Below, in pieces: positions 1-10,435 of a stretch of DNA of 64,000 bases. The translations under genes and the position numbers were made by a program. This DNA comes from Chloroflexota bacterium. GTDB lineage: Bacteria > Chloroflexota > UBA6077 > SHYK01. The notes beneath the pieces were generated by a model. The model saw only the letters and a program-made list of their open reading frames with translations. It was not told the DNA's origin and made no database searches. The stretch lies in the NCBI GenBank assembly GCA_009692845.1, contig SHYK01000006.1, positions 16,534-80,533 of the forward strand, read 5' to 3'. How positions within the stretch are numbered: position 1 is the first letter of the stretch; each line of letters starts with the position of its first letter.

Positions 1-373
1 CTTCCGTGAGTGCGTCGAAACAAGAGCCGTGAACCAGCCACCAGGCTTCGAGGCTGTCGGGACTCCGGGAGGCAAACGCAGCCGGATCTTTGGCCAGAAC
101 CTCCTGCTGGGCCCGATCCGCCAGAAGCGCGGTCCCGACGATTGACGGCGATCCCGGGGCAACGACCTCTGCGCAAGCCGGACAAATGGGCTGCTCATCC
201 TGAGCGTAGAGAAGCTGGCGGACGGCCGGTTTGGCGTGCGGCAGCCAGATGAGCTGGCGTGCGACGAGCAGATCGAATCCGTGACTACTGTCGACCCGCA
301 CCCCCCAAATGGCCCGGTATCGGAAGGGGTCGGGGGCAAACGGTCCGAATTCAGTCACGGCTGGATTCTCCAT
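1..373 (-). CDS. hypothetical protein; 3' end lies outside the window
   Basis: The minus strand is open from ATG (373-371) to position 1 with no stop (MENPAVTEFGPFAPDPFRYRAIWGVRVDSSHGFDLLVARQLIWLPH...). Third positions are GC-rich. It is absent from the ORF track because no stop lies in the window. No family recognised. Confidence 0.4.
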   Translation of the reverse strand, partial: MENPAVTEFGPFAPDPFRYRAIWGVRVDSSHGFDLLVARQLIWLPHAKPAVRQLLYAQDEQPICPACAEVVAPGSPSIVGTALLADRAQQEVLAKDPAAFASRSPDSLEAWWLVHGSCFDALTE

Positions 374-462
374 GAAAACTCGTTCTAACGAGAACGCTTT
401 GCCGAACCGGAAGCGCGATACTGGGATCGAGAGGCGGGTAGCCCTTGAATCGCACCCACAAC

Positions 463-1293
463 ATGATCGGCGTCGGGATTGTCGGCGGAATTTTTTCGGG
501 GCTCACCGGCGTTGGCGGAAGCGCCATCCTGGTCAGCCTTATGGTGGCCTGGCTCGGAATGAGCCAGCACCGAGCGCAGGGCACGACGCCCGCCGTCATT
601 CTCCCCACCGCGTTGGTTGGGGCCGCCAGCTATGCGGTCCAGGGCTTGAACGGGCAATTCCGTTTCGATGCCGGGCTGGCCTTGAGCTTGATCCCCGCCA
701 TTGCACTGCCGAGCATCGCAGGTGTCGCCATCGGTGCGACCTGGATGTCGGTTCTCCCGGCCGCGCAGCTCCGACGGGCCTTCGGGGTGTTTCTTTTCTT
801 CGTGGCCCTTTCGATGTTGACCCGCGGCATTCTCCCGATTGGGACCGCCAGTGGGCAAAGCCTGGCCATCCCGTTCATTTTCTGGATACTGCTTGGCTTC
901 GTGGCCGGGGTGCTGTCCGGTTTCCTGGGGATCGGCGGCGCCATGGTGATCATTCCCTTCATGACCCTGGGGGCCGGTATCCCCCAGCACATGACCCAGG
1001 GGGTTTCACTCGCGATCATCGCTATCACCGCGATCGCGGGAGCCTATACCCAGTATCGCCTCGGCCACGTTGAAGGTAGTGCCGTGGTGCCAATGGGAAT
1101 CAGCTCCGTGGTCGCGGTCGTCGCTGCTAGCCTGGTGGCGGGCCAAATCGACTCATTCTGGCTCACCAAAATTTTTGGGCTAGCGCTGCTGTTCTTCTCA
1201 TACCAGTTCACCTTCGGGTCGACGATTCCCAAACCACCGGTGGCTTCTTCAAGAGCACCCGTGGACTTCTCGCCCGGCTCCTACCAGATCTAG
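463..1293 (+). CDS. TSUP/TauE-SafE family (DUF81) anion exporter membrane protein
   Basis: ORF 445..1293. MIGVGIVGGIFSGLTGVGGSAILV plus a second GFLGIGGAMVIIPF repeat is typical of the two-repeat TSUP fold. ATG at 463 is preferred over TTG at 445. Stop is TAG. Confidence 0.85.
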   Translation: MIGVGIVGGIFSGLTGVGGSAILVSLMVAWLGMSQHRAQGTTPAVILPTALVGAASYAVQGLNGQFRFDAGLALSLIPAIALPSIAGVAIGATWMSVLPAAQLRRAFGVFLFFVALSMLTRGILPIGTASGQSLAIPFIFWILLGFVAGVLSGFLGIGGAMVIIPFMTLGAGIPQHMTQGVSLAIIAITAIAGAYTQYRLGHVEGSAVVPMGISSVVAVVAASLVAGQIDSFWLTKIFGLALLFFSYQFTFGSTIPKPPVASSRAPVDFSPGSYQI

Positions 1294-1310
1294 AGGCCTG
1301 GAGGACTCGG

Positions 1311-1996
1311 TCAGACCTGGGAGTCGATGAACCGCACCGCTTGAGCCGCCATCGCGGCTGCAAACTGACGGAAGGCAAGTGACGCTGCAGGGAAGGCAAC
1401 AGTCGTCGGACGACTCCTTGTCGCCAAGGCCAGACAAGCAGCGTTGTACTTCCTCTCCAGCACCAAGCGTTCGCACAAAATTTCGTACCGCTTCGCATAC
1501 GAGGAATTCTTGAAGAGTGGGTCCACCGAGAAGTGGGGCTCAACGTTTTTGACCGGTGTGTGGACCTTTGGACAATCTTCAAGCAGGAAAAATAGCCGAG
1601 GAAGGGGGGCGAACCCTTGCCAAACCTCCCCTCCCGGTAGGCGGTCCAGATATCTTCTGCGTTGCCGATGGCCTCTTCCGTTCGATTATTGAAGTTATTC
1701 CCGAAGCTGGGACCGACTTGCGACTTGAACTCGATAGCCGCGACAAGGCGCCCATCAGCCACGACGAGCAGATCCCATTTCTTTTCAGGACGGTAGTAGC
1801 CGGGGAGCTCAAGTGCGGTTCGGGCTTTGATGTATGTTTGGTTCAGGCCCGCATCCAGCAAGATGTCCGTGAGCAGCGTCTCAAGCGCACCCATCTGCGT
1901 TCCGCCGGTGACTGCGCCCCGCGTACCGGCATCAATCGTGCCTGCGTCGATTTGCTTCTGTTGTTGGCGCTCGCGCGCATCCCAGAAGGCCTGCAC
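1311..1996 (-). pseudogene. PaeR7I/XhoI-family type II restriction endonuclease, frameshifted
   Basis: The N-terminal part (ORF 1208..1996) carries AVTGG, ELPGYYRPEKKWDLLV and EFKSQVGPSFGNNFNNRTEEAIGNAEDIWTAYREG. Family similarity continues in another frame (ORF 1311..1526 and upstream: LLEDCPKVHTPVKNVEPHFSVDPLFKNSSYAKRYEILCERL). The frames join at an A5 run (1588-1592). One extra base there would read PPFLGYFFLLEDCP. Confidence 0.7.
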
Positions 1997-2029
1997 AGCC
2001 TGCTGAAATCGTTCCTCCAGGATTCCCCA

Positions 2030-3825
2030 TCACCGAAGTGTGCCGGCCATGTCCGCGATTCCATAGGCCTCAAGCGCGGCAGCCGTCGCGGCAGCCACGT
2101 CGCGAGATCGGAATGCGGAGCGGAGTTCATGCCTAATGGGCTCCGTCAGTGAAGATTCGTCCGGTACGCGTATTTTCCGGAGGTATTGGGCCTGAAATCG
2201 CAAGGTCCCCCCGCGCATTTTTACAGAGTAAGCTTCTATGAACAGTTGAGCCACCCGCGAAAGCAACAGCCCGCCAAGGACCTCAAGGTCCCAGCGGGTG
2301 GAGGTAAGGTAGTACAGGTTGTGGTGGGGGTACGTCTCGCCCGAATCGAGTACAGGGTTGCTCATGAGCTTCATGTCCGGAAAATAGAGCTTTGGCTGGT
2401 TTAGGAGACGGTGGTTCACCCGGTCAATCGTCCGATACCAGTCCTTAGCGTGCTTTCGTGCAACATTCCGTTGCTCGAGTTCCTGCCGATGACTTTCCAG
2501 ATAGTCGCGGAGCTTGGGGAACGAGCCAAGTTCGACGAGGCCACTCCCAACCGTCCAGGGGTCTACTAAGTAGTGCCTAGACCACTTGAGAGTGCCCTCC
2601 CGAGTATCTGCTGCCATAGCGAGGGGAAGGAGTCGCTCGGCTTCAACGATGCTTTCGTCCTTCGTGACGTAAACGCGATCAGACCCTGTCGCAACCCCGA
2701 TCCCAATTTTCGTCCCGGTCCTAGGATCCTCAAGCGGCTGAAACCCCTTCTCCAAGCGCAGAAGTATGGCGCGCCGATCAGGTTCAAGTGACGGCCATGC
2801 GCTTGACCCAACATGCCAGTCGGTCCTCGCAGCTGAAAACCCTGAAAGGGCTGAACCCTGCCTTCGGCAAGGTCAACAACTGCGTCCGCCAAGCTCTCGG
2901 CCCCAGGTAATGGCCCGGCCAGAGCGCCCGCACTGGCGACAATCGCGCTAGCCTGCAAGCCGCGACGTAGCACGATGACTGCCGGGTACGCGGACACTTC
3001 ATTCTCGAATGCCGGAGCGTTGTGCATTTCGATCACAGCCTCGACTCCGCAGACTTTGGCGACCAAGCGACGCAACTCCGTCCCATAGGCTGATCTCATC
3101 CAACGGTCGGCGCAGATGAAAGCGAGCACTCCATCTTGTTTGAGCTGCCGAATCCCAGCCTCGATGAAGCCAATGTAGACGTCTCCGCGCCCCACCATGG
3201 TTGGATACAGCCGTCGGTATTGCTGCAGCGTCAATTGCGCCATATCGTCGTATCTGATGTACGGGGGGTTGCCCACAACCAGGTCAGCGCGCCGATCGGC
3301 ACCCGATTCGAGTAAGTAGTCGCCCACTGTCACCCAACTCTTCGCGATCTCATTAGCTTCAAGAGAAGCAAGGCCATACTGATGCAGTTCCGTTGCCGCC
3401 AATTTGGCCGCGCGGGCCGCAGACTGCTCGTCAAGCTCGTATGCATGAAGCGCGAGTCGCGCATCGGCCACCTCGCGACCGTGCATTCTTGTCGAGGCAA
3501 GGAGACGGCGAACCATCGGCACCAAGAAGGCGCCCTCCCCGGAAGCGGGTTCCACGGCGTACATGCCCCCGAGGTCCTCGGAAGGCCGATAGCCGGCAAG
3601 GTCGAGGATGAGATCAACCACCCATGGCTTCGTATAGATGACCCCCTTGGGTTCCTTCGCACCAGTCACGGTCAGTGACGAACCGAGCGGCACGCTGGCG
3701 GTCACTGATTTATCCGGCGGAGATCGTTCCATTTCCAGGTCGAATTGCAGTTGGTATTGGTCCAGAGTAGCTCCAAAAGTGGTGCGCGCATTGCACCATG
3801 ACCAGTAAACCGCTTCGCCAAGCAT
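2030..3825 (-). pseudogene. N6-adenine DNA methyltransferase (Eco57I/TaqI-like, NPPY class), frameshifted
   Basis: ORF 2566..3825 has the AdoMet region (VEPASGEGAF) and the catalytic VVGNPPYIRYDD motif. Its tail turns to junk, while the protein-like sequence continues in ORF 2030..2755 and upstream of it (...FSAARTDWHVGSSAWPSLEPDRRAILLRLEKGFQPLEDPRTGTKIGIGVATGSD...). A 1-nt loss somewhere in 2770-2875 is needed. The best candidate is the A4 run at 2836-2839. Confidence 0.8.
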
Positions 3826-4082
3826 ATCGGGCAGGAAACGCGATGATACCAGAACATCTGTTTGGGAGGCACACCCCGGTGGGAGAGTCGCTCGCGACTC
3901 TCCAGCGCGTTCGTTATGGCCAACGACCGAGAACCGCCAGGGTGGTCTTGGTACCCCAGCCAGCTCTCTTCTCCTGCCAGGTCAGCCTTGTATCGACGCT
4001 TCTAAGCCTCGACGGGCTTCCAACACACCTGCGCACGTATCAGCCGGGTTCTAACAGGACCGAGTGAGCGAGGCTCATCAGG

Positions 4083-4113
4083 CCTGTAGCGGCGGATCGG
4101 CCGCCGCTACAGG
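4083..4113 (-). terminator. perfect 13-bp inverted repeat overlapping the MFS stop codon; possible terminator hairpin
   Basis: cctgtagcggcgg-atcgg-ccgccgctacagg. No U-tract follows on the minus strand, so terminator function is uncertain. Confidence 0.35.
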
Positions 4114-5336
4114 CGGACGCCCTCAGCCTTAGTCGACTCCGACGCAAACGCGACCAGCATAGCTGCCACGAGCGCAATGGCTGCCCCCCAGTAGAAGGCG
4201 GTCTGAACCCCGAAGCTGTCGGCCAAGAGCCCAGCGATAGTGGGGGAGAAGCTGCCGAAGAGGCTGCCGATCCCGAAGACCAGCGAGACGGTGGTCGCCT
4301 GAACCGCCGCGCCCACCCGATCCATCGCGGAGGCCAGGAACAGGCTCATCAGCGGGAACATGAATACGCCGATCCAGGCCACGGAGGCCATCAGCGCCAG
4401 GCCCTCGGAAGCCACGCTCAGCGCAAAGATACCGACGCTCAAGAACAGGAGGCTGGGGACGAGAGTCGCTCGTCGGCCAAATCGGTCCGACAGGTAACCG
4501 AGTACTGGCGAGGACCCGATTCCGGCGACCTGGCCGAGGAACAGATAACCGGCCGCCACGATGGGCGGGTAATTCAGCTCATTGCGGAGATAGATGGGCA
4601 GGAAGGTGCCCACCGCCGCCTGGGCCATGCTAAAAGCGCCAACTGAGAGAAATATGAACGCTAAGTGCGGATTGGTGATAAACGCGCGCAGGCTGCCCAG
4701 GTAACCGCCGAAGGAAGTCGTACCACTGAGGTGACCGGTGGTATTGCGCATGAGTATCCACACTACGGCTCCGGTCAGGACGGCTGGCACCAGACTGAGC
4801 TGGAGGATTCCCTGCCAGGTGAGGACGCCCAACAGCCCCCCGACGATGATCGGCCCCACCGCCTCGCCAATACTGCCGCCGCTCCCATGCAGCGAGATAG
4901 CGAAGCCCCTCCGTTCGGAGAAGCGGAGGGACAGGGCAGCGATCGCCGGTGGGTGCCAGAAGGCGATGGCGGCGCTAACCACCATGGCACAGGTGAGGAT
5001 CGACCAGTAGGCGTCCAGACTGCCCATGATGAACTGGAAAATGCCAATGACCACCATGGCGACGCCGAGGATGCGGCCCCACCGGTTGCTGAACCGATCC
5101 GCGACAAAGCCGGCCGGGAGGTTGCTGCCGCTTCCGGCGAAGCTGCGCGCCGTGTTGAGAAAACCGATGGAAGTGTTGCTGAGGTTCAACGCCCGAGCGA
5201 TTTCGGGCAGGATCAGGAAGAACCCCGAGTTGTAGGTGTGCTTGACCGCGTGCCCCGCCACCAGCAAGGTCGCGAGGACGGCCGGGGGGAGGGCCGGTAC
5301 CGGAACCGCAAGCGGCCGGGGAAGCGTGGTCTGCAT
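4107..5336 (-). CDS. MFS transporter
   Basis: 409-aa ORF with about 12 hydrophobic segments and an MFS-like loop motif (GFVADRFSNRWGR, LSDRFGRR). Confidence 0.85.
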   Translation of the reverse strand: MQTTLPRPLAVPVPALPPAVLATLLVAGHAVKHTYNSGFFLILPEIARALNLSNTSIGFLNTARSFAGSGSNLPAGFVADRFSNRWGRILGVAMVVIGIFQFIMGSLDAYWSILTCAMVVSAAIAFWHPPAIAALSLRFSERRGFAISLHGSGGSIGEAVGPIIVGGLLGVLTWQGILQLSLVPAVLTGAVVWILMRNTTGHLSGTTSFGGYLGSLRAFITNPHLAFIFLSVGAFSMAQAAVGTFLPIYLRNELNYPPIVAAGYLFLGQVAGIGSSPVLGYLSDRFGRRATLVPSLLFLSVGIFALSVASEGLALMASVAWIGVFMFPLMSLFLASAMDRVGAAVQATTVSLVFGIGSLFGSFSPTIAGLLADSFGVQTAFYWGAAIALVAAMLVAFASESTKAEGVRL

Positions 5337-5408
5337 GGGCGGGTCTCCCGGTGCACGACTCGGACGTCGACCATTATATCCGGGGGCGGTTTCTTGGCGG
5401 CCTCCGGC

Positions 5409-6302
5409 CTAACCGCGAGGCGCAAATGGGGACGAGCGAGCGATGAGGCGCGCTACTCGATCGGCGAACGAGCTGGCCTCTAGCTCCTCGCAGATAGACG
5501 GAAAACGGTCCGTGGGTCCGGCCCAGTACAGATCCTCGGGCGAGGTCAAGGTCGGCGCATCAAAGCGCAAGGTAGCGATATCGCGAAAGAGCAAAGCCAG
5601 CGCAAAGCCGTCCTTTAAGACTCCCGCGAGTTTCTCTGGCCCGCGCACGGGCAGGTTCCAGGGCGTGTCCAGAGGAATTGCCTCGAGGTGAACGTAACGA
5701 GCGAGGACCGCTGCCGTGGTCTTGGCGCCCCAGCCAGGAAGCCCGGGAAATCCGTCTGCCGAGTCCCCCACCAGGGCCAGGTAGTCGGGAATCGACTCGG
5801 GACGCACGCCGAATTTTGCGATCACCCCCGCTTCGTCGACGATCTTCCCCGCCCGGCGGTCTAAAACCACCACCCGGGTATCCCGGACGCACTGGGTGAG
5901 GTCCTTGTCCGGCGAGCAGATCAGAACCTGCCCCACTTTGGGTGACGCTGCGGACGTTTGGGCGGCCGCGCCCAGGGCGTCGTCGGCCTCCAGCTCGACC
6001 ATGGGCCATACGACGACTCCCAGCGCCGCGATGGCGTCCTCGAGCAGGGGAAATTGCTGAAGGATGCGCGGGTCCATACCCTCGCTCGTCTTGTAGCCAG
6101 GCCACATCGCATTGCGAAACGATTCGATGACGTGATCCGTGGCCATTCCGATGTGGGTGACCCCACCCTCGAGCATGCCGATCACCGAAGAGACCACACC
6201 GCGCGTGGCTGCTACCTCGCGGCCCTCGCGGTTAACCAGCGAAGGCAGAGCGAAGAAATGGCGAAACAGCTCGTAGGTGCCATCGAGGAGATAGACGTCC
6301 AT
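5409..6302 (-). CDS. stand-alone 5'-3' exonuclease (FEN/PIN plus H3TH, Pol I N-terminal-like)
   Basis: 297-aa ORF with LLDGTYELFR, ELEADDALGAAA and LVGDSADGFPGLPGWGAKTTAAVL motifs. Confidence 0.85.
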   Translation of the reverse strand: MDVYLLDGTYELFRHFFALPSLVNREGREVAATRGVVSSVIGMLEGGVTHIGMATDHVIESFRNAMWPGYKTSEGMDPRILQQFPLLEDAIAALGVVVWPMVELEADDALGAAAQTSAASPKVGQVLICSPDKDLTQCVRDTRVVVLDRRAGKIVDEAGVIAKFGVRPESIPDYLALVGDSADGFPGLPGWGAKTTAAVLARYVHLEAIPLDTPWNLPVRGPEKLAGVLKDGFALALLFRDIATLRFDAPTLTSPEDLYWAGPTDRFPSICEELEASSFADRVARLIARSSPFAPRG

Positions 6303-6342
6303 CTACGCCCAAGTGTAGCGAACAATCGCAGAGGGCCCGGTT

Positions 6343-7693
6343 CTAGGAACGGGCGGGGGTGGACTGCCCGCGCAGGATCCATTCGCGGACCCGGGTCCGG
6401 ACATGAGCCGGGGTGAAGGGCTTCGTAATGTAATCATTCACACCGGCGTCAAATCCTTCCAGTGAATCGGAGGATCCATCCCGCCAGGTCAGCATGACCA
6501 CTGGCACGTTTTTAAGCCGGGGATCGGAATCTGCCCGGATGGCCCGGCAGACGGCGAGCCCATCCATTTCGGGCATACCCCAGTTCAAAAGGATCACATC
6601 CGGGTGCTCCGCTCGCGCCATCTCCAACCCCAACCCGGCCATTGGCCGCGGAGAGGAACCGATAACCTTCATCCTTGAGGAGGTCGGCCAGCGAATCGAT
6701 CGCCGCGGGGTCGTCATCCACCACGAGGAGAGTAACGTCGCCGACCGTCGAGCCGGACATCTCTGCGCCCAGGGCCGGTCGGCGTCGACGAGTCGCTCCC
6801 ACGCCCTGCTCGGCAAACTCAACCGTCATTCCCTCAGCCGCAGCGACGACTTCGAGTGATGAGCCCCTGGCTTGGACCCGGGTTCGACACGATGCCAGGA
6901 CGGCATCTATCGCAACGTCACTTCGGAGCGGGTCGTGATGATACAGGGCGAGTTGTTTGACGCCCGCTGCGATCGCCACATCGATGACGTACTCGGCCGT
7001 GCTATGCCCCCATCCAACCTTTTTGCCATACTCGGCGGCGGTGTACTGCGCATCGTGGATGACCAGATCGGCCCCCTTGAGGAAGTTCGCGTGACGGGCA
7101 TCCTCAACATGGACCAGGTTGGGGAGATCGCCGGCCCGGGGCGCTTCCTGAGGATCGGCCTGATGACGCGAATGGGGCTCGTGGTCTGAAGAGTAGACCA
7201 CGTGGACCCCGCCGACTTCGAATCGATAGCCCAGAGTTACGGCGGGGTGATTCAAATATTGCGAGGTGACCCGGATATCGCCCAGCTCGAAGACACCCTC
7301 GGAGAGATTATGGTAGTTGGTTTAGGCCCCGAGTTGATCGATCGTGACCGGGAAGTACGCGTACTCCATTTGTCCGCGTAGGATCCCTTCGAGTCCTCCA
7401 CCCGCGCCAGGAGCGTAGACCTCCCATTCATTTCCAGGAACAAAAAACGGTGCGAAGAACGGAAAGCCCTGGATATGGTCCCAGTGGGTATGGGAGATCA
7501 CCACGTGACCCTTGGTGGGCCCGGAGCTCACCAATTTCTGGCCGAGCCCATGCGCGCCAGTGCCACAGTCAACCACCACCAGCGTGCCTCGGTCGGTCTC
7601 AATCTCGACGCAAGAGGTATTGCCACCATACCGAAGGGTGGTGGGTCCAGGCTTAGCGATCGATCCCCGGGTTCCCCAAAAACGAATTTGCAT
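6343..7693 (-). pseudogene. MBL-fold metallo-hydrolase fused to a response-regulator receiver domain, with an in-frame TAA and a frameshift
   Basis: ORF 7322..7693 (ISHTHWDHIQGFPFF) and ORF 6512..7255 are in the same frame, separated only by TAA at 7322-7324 (...DQLGA*TNYHNLSEG...). The receiver domain starts in ORF 6512..7255 (LLVVDDDPAAIDSLADLLKDEGYRFLSAANGR) and continues in ORF 6343..6822 (LGLEMARAEHPDVILLNWGMPEMDGLAV...ITKPF). Removing one base from the C run at 6634-6636 restores SAANGRLGLEMARAEHPDV. Confidence 0.75.
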
Positions 7694-7746
7694 ACTTCTC
7701 TATTTCACCCGAGATCCGACCGGATGGGGGAGAACAAATCGAGATC

Positions 7747-8358
7747 TCACAACGTTGCGTCCTTACCCCGTTTGGGTGGCTGGCCGGTAGAGCCTAAGGC
7801 TTGTCCAGACCAGCGGGCAAACAGCCCCTTCTCGACCTGGAACTGGTCCAATGCCCGCTGCACGGTCTGATTAACGATATCGTCCACCGTCTTAGGCTGA
7901 TTGTAGAAGGAAGGCACCGGTGGCAGGATGATCGCTCCATTTTCAGTTGCTTCGAGCATCAGCTTGAGGTGGCCACGATGCAACGGAGTCTCCCGGACCA
8001 GGAGCACCAATTTCCTTCGCTCTTTGAGGGTCACGTCCGCCGCTCGGGTCAGTAGCGCGTCATTGTATGAGTTTGCAATACCGGACAGGCTCTTGATGGA
8101 ACAAGGAGCGACAATCATTCCGTCAGTGTGAAAAGATCCACTCGAAACCGCCGCGCCAAGATCCTGATTGTCGTGGACGATACTGGCCATCGCCAGCACC
8201 TCGGAAAGACGGTAGCGAGTCTCGTATTCGATGGTTCGGGCCGCCGACTCGCTCACAATCAGATGCGTCTCAATGTCCGCCGCGTCGCGCAGGACTTCTA
8301 GTAAGCGAACCCCGTAAATCGCGCCGGTCGATCCCGAGATTCCAATCACCAGCCTCAA
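7747..8358 (-). CDS. ubiX: flavin prenyltransferase UbiX
   Basis: 203 aa with MRLVIGISGSTGAIYGVRLLE, MIVAPCSIKSLSGIA and LVLLVRETPLH. TTG start with AAGGAA upstream. Confidence 0.9.
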   Translation of the reverse strand: MRLVIGISGSTGAIYGVRLLEVLRDAADIETHLIVSESAARTIEYETRYRLSEVLAMASIVHDNQDLGAAVSSGSFHTDGMIVAPCSIKSLSGIANSYNDALLTRAADVTLKERRKLVLLVRETPLHRGHLKLMLEATENGAIILPPVPSFYNQPKTVDDIVNQTVQRALDQFQVEKGLFARWSGQALGSTGQPPKRGKDATL

Positions 8359-8464
8359 TTCAGCACCATTCCTTACGGGACGCCGACCCTGGACTCACCG
8401 CGCCGACCGTTGTAACGGCAGCAACTCTGCACCGGCAAGTAAGAGCCTTGGGCACGGGATGCGC

Positions 8465-10435
8465 TCAGTCGAGGCGCAGGAAGACAGCCCCGAGAGGCGG
8501 AAGGGTGAGGGTAAGACTGTGCGGGCGGCCATGAAGAGGGACAGGAACGGTTTCGCAGCCACCCAAGTTTCCTTGACCACTCCCACCATAATCCGTCGCA
8601 TCAGTATTCAAGAGCTCCCGCCAGAATCCAGCCGCTGGAACGCCGATCCGATGATTGTGCCTCACGACCGGGGTAAAGTTGCAAACCACGGCAATCGGCG
8701 GATCGGCCGGCGTGCCTAGCCGGAGGAAGGCCAGGATGCTGCTATCCGCGTCGCCGGCGTCGATCCACTCGAAGCCGCTCGGCAGACAGTCGCCTTCGTG
8801 CAGCGCCCCTTCACTCCGGTAGGCCGTATTCAAGTCGCTCACCAGGCGCTCGATCCCCGCATGGCTACCGGTTCCGGACAGATGCCAATCCAAGCTATTG
8901 TCGTGGGCCCATTCCACCCATTGACCGAGCTCAGCTCCCATGAATAAGAGCTTCTTCCCTGGCTGAGCGTACATGTAGGCCAGGAGCAAGCGGAGATTGG
9001 CAAACTTCTGCCAGTCGTCGCCGGGCATCTTCCCGAGCAGTGAGCCTTTACCGTGGACGGCCTCGTCATGCGATAGTGGCAGCATGAAATTTCCGGTCGA
9101 TGCATAGATCGACCGGAAGGTGAGCTCGTGCTGGTGGAAACGGCGGTAAATCGGATCGCGACTGAAGTATTGAAGAGTGTCGTGCATCCAGCCCATATCC
9201 CACTTGAGCCCGAATCCGAGGCCGCCCAGGTAGGTTGGCTGAGACACCATCGGCCAGGCGGTGGATTCCTCGGCGATGGTCTGGACTCCGGGATGGGATC
9301 GGTAAACCTCTTCGTTGAGCCGCCGCAAGAAGGCGATCGCTTCGATGTTCTCGTGCCCTCCATGCCGATTGGGGACCCACTCGCCCTCTTTCCGGGCGTA
9401 ATCCAGATAGAGCATGGATGCCACGGCATCGACCCGCAGAGCGTCAGCGTGGTACTTATCTAGCCAGAATAGGCCGTTGCTGATGAGGAAGCTCACCACC
9501 TCGGGACGGGCGTAGTTGAACAGGAGGCTGTCCCACTCAGGATGGATCCCCTGGATCGGAAGCGCATGCTCGTAGAGATGGGTGCCATCGAAGAAGCCCA
9601 GACCATGCTCGTCATTGGGGAAGTGGGACGGCACCCAGTCGAGAATTACGCCGATTTCGTGCTGGTGAAGATAGTCGATCAGATACATGAAATCCCGGGG
9701 GCCGCCATAGCGAGCGGTGGGCGCGAAGAAGCCGGTTATCTGATAGCCCCAGGACCCGTAGAAGGGATGCTCCATGACGGGTAGAAACTCGACGTGGGTA
9801 AAGCCCAGGCGCTGCACATGTTCGACTAGCCGGGGCGCTAGCTCGCGATAGGTGAGGCTCCGGTTCCCCTCCTCGGGAACTCGCATCCAGGACCCGATAT
9901 GCATTTCATACACGAACATGGGGGCGCTGAGCGCGTTCCGCTGTGCTCGCTGCGCCATCTAGGTGGCATCATCCCACTGATAGGTGAGCGCTGAGACCAC
10001 GGAGGCGGTGCGGGCCGGAATCTCGTGCTCAAAACCAAACGGGTCGGCCTTGTCCACTTGATAGCCCCGATAGCGGGAGATGATCCGGTACTTGTATCGG
10101 GTCTCGGTGCCCACTCCAGGCACAAACCCCTCCCAGATCCCGGATTGTCCCCGCGCGTTTAGCCGAGCACCCTAGCTCCACCCATTGAAGTCGCCGATAA
10201 CCGATACGGCTTCGGCATCCGGAGCCCAAACGGCGAATCGGGTTCCGCTCTGACCGCCAACCAGCTCAAGGTGCGCTCCAAGCTTTTCATAGAGGCGGAA
10301 ATGGCTGCCCTGGTTGAACAGAAAGAGATCGTCATCGGTGAGCGCACTCTGGCTGGGTGGCAGAGCCGGTTCGCTGGCCAAAGCTAGGACTCCCCCAGCA
10401 GCCACAAGATGCCGCGCAGTCGCAGTCCGATCCAC
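8465..10435 (-). pseudogene. glgB: 1,4-alpha-glucan branching enzyme GlgB interrupted by two in-frame TAG codons
   Basis: Three same-frame segments (10435-10175, 10171-9962, 9958-8465) are separated only by TAG at 10172-10174 (GDFNGWS*GARLNARGQSGIWEGFVPG) and TAG at 9959-9961 ([31 protein letters not shown]). The total is about 656 aa with GH13 motifs ([35 protein letters not shown]). The exact start is uncertain because it overlaps the mak 3' end. Confidence 0.8.

Noticed and set aside
1588-1592. Phase variation of the restriction-modification system through homopolymer slippage.
   Set aside because: The tracts are only 4-5 nt, far shorter than known contingency tracts, and both genes are hit. 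Decay or base-calling error is more likely.
3826-4106. Small controller (C) protein or Vsr-like ORF upstream of the methyltransferase (ORFs 3798..4067 + and 3702..3923 -).
   Set aside because: The translations are low-complexity and Arg/Pro-rich with no HTH pattern. The region is treated as the promoter region of the R-M operon.
9959-10174. TAG reassignment or amber suppression as the explanation for the two in-frame TAG codons in glgB.
   Set aside because: TAG is used as the ordinary terminator of clearly intact genes in the same window (TSUP 1291-1293, MFS 4107-4109, exonuclease 5409-5411, mak 10384-10386). Nonsense mutation is the simpler reading.
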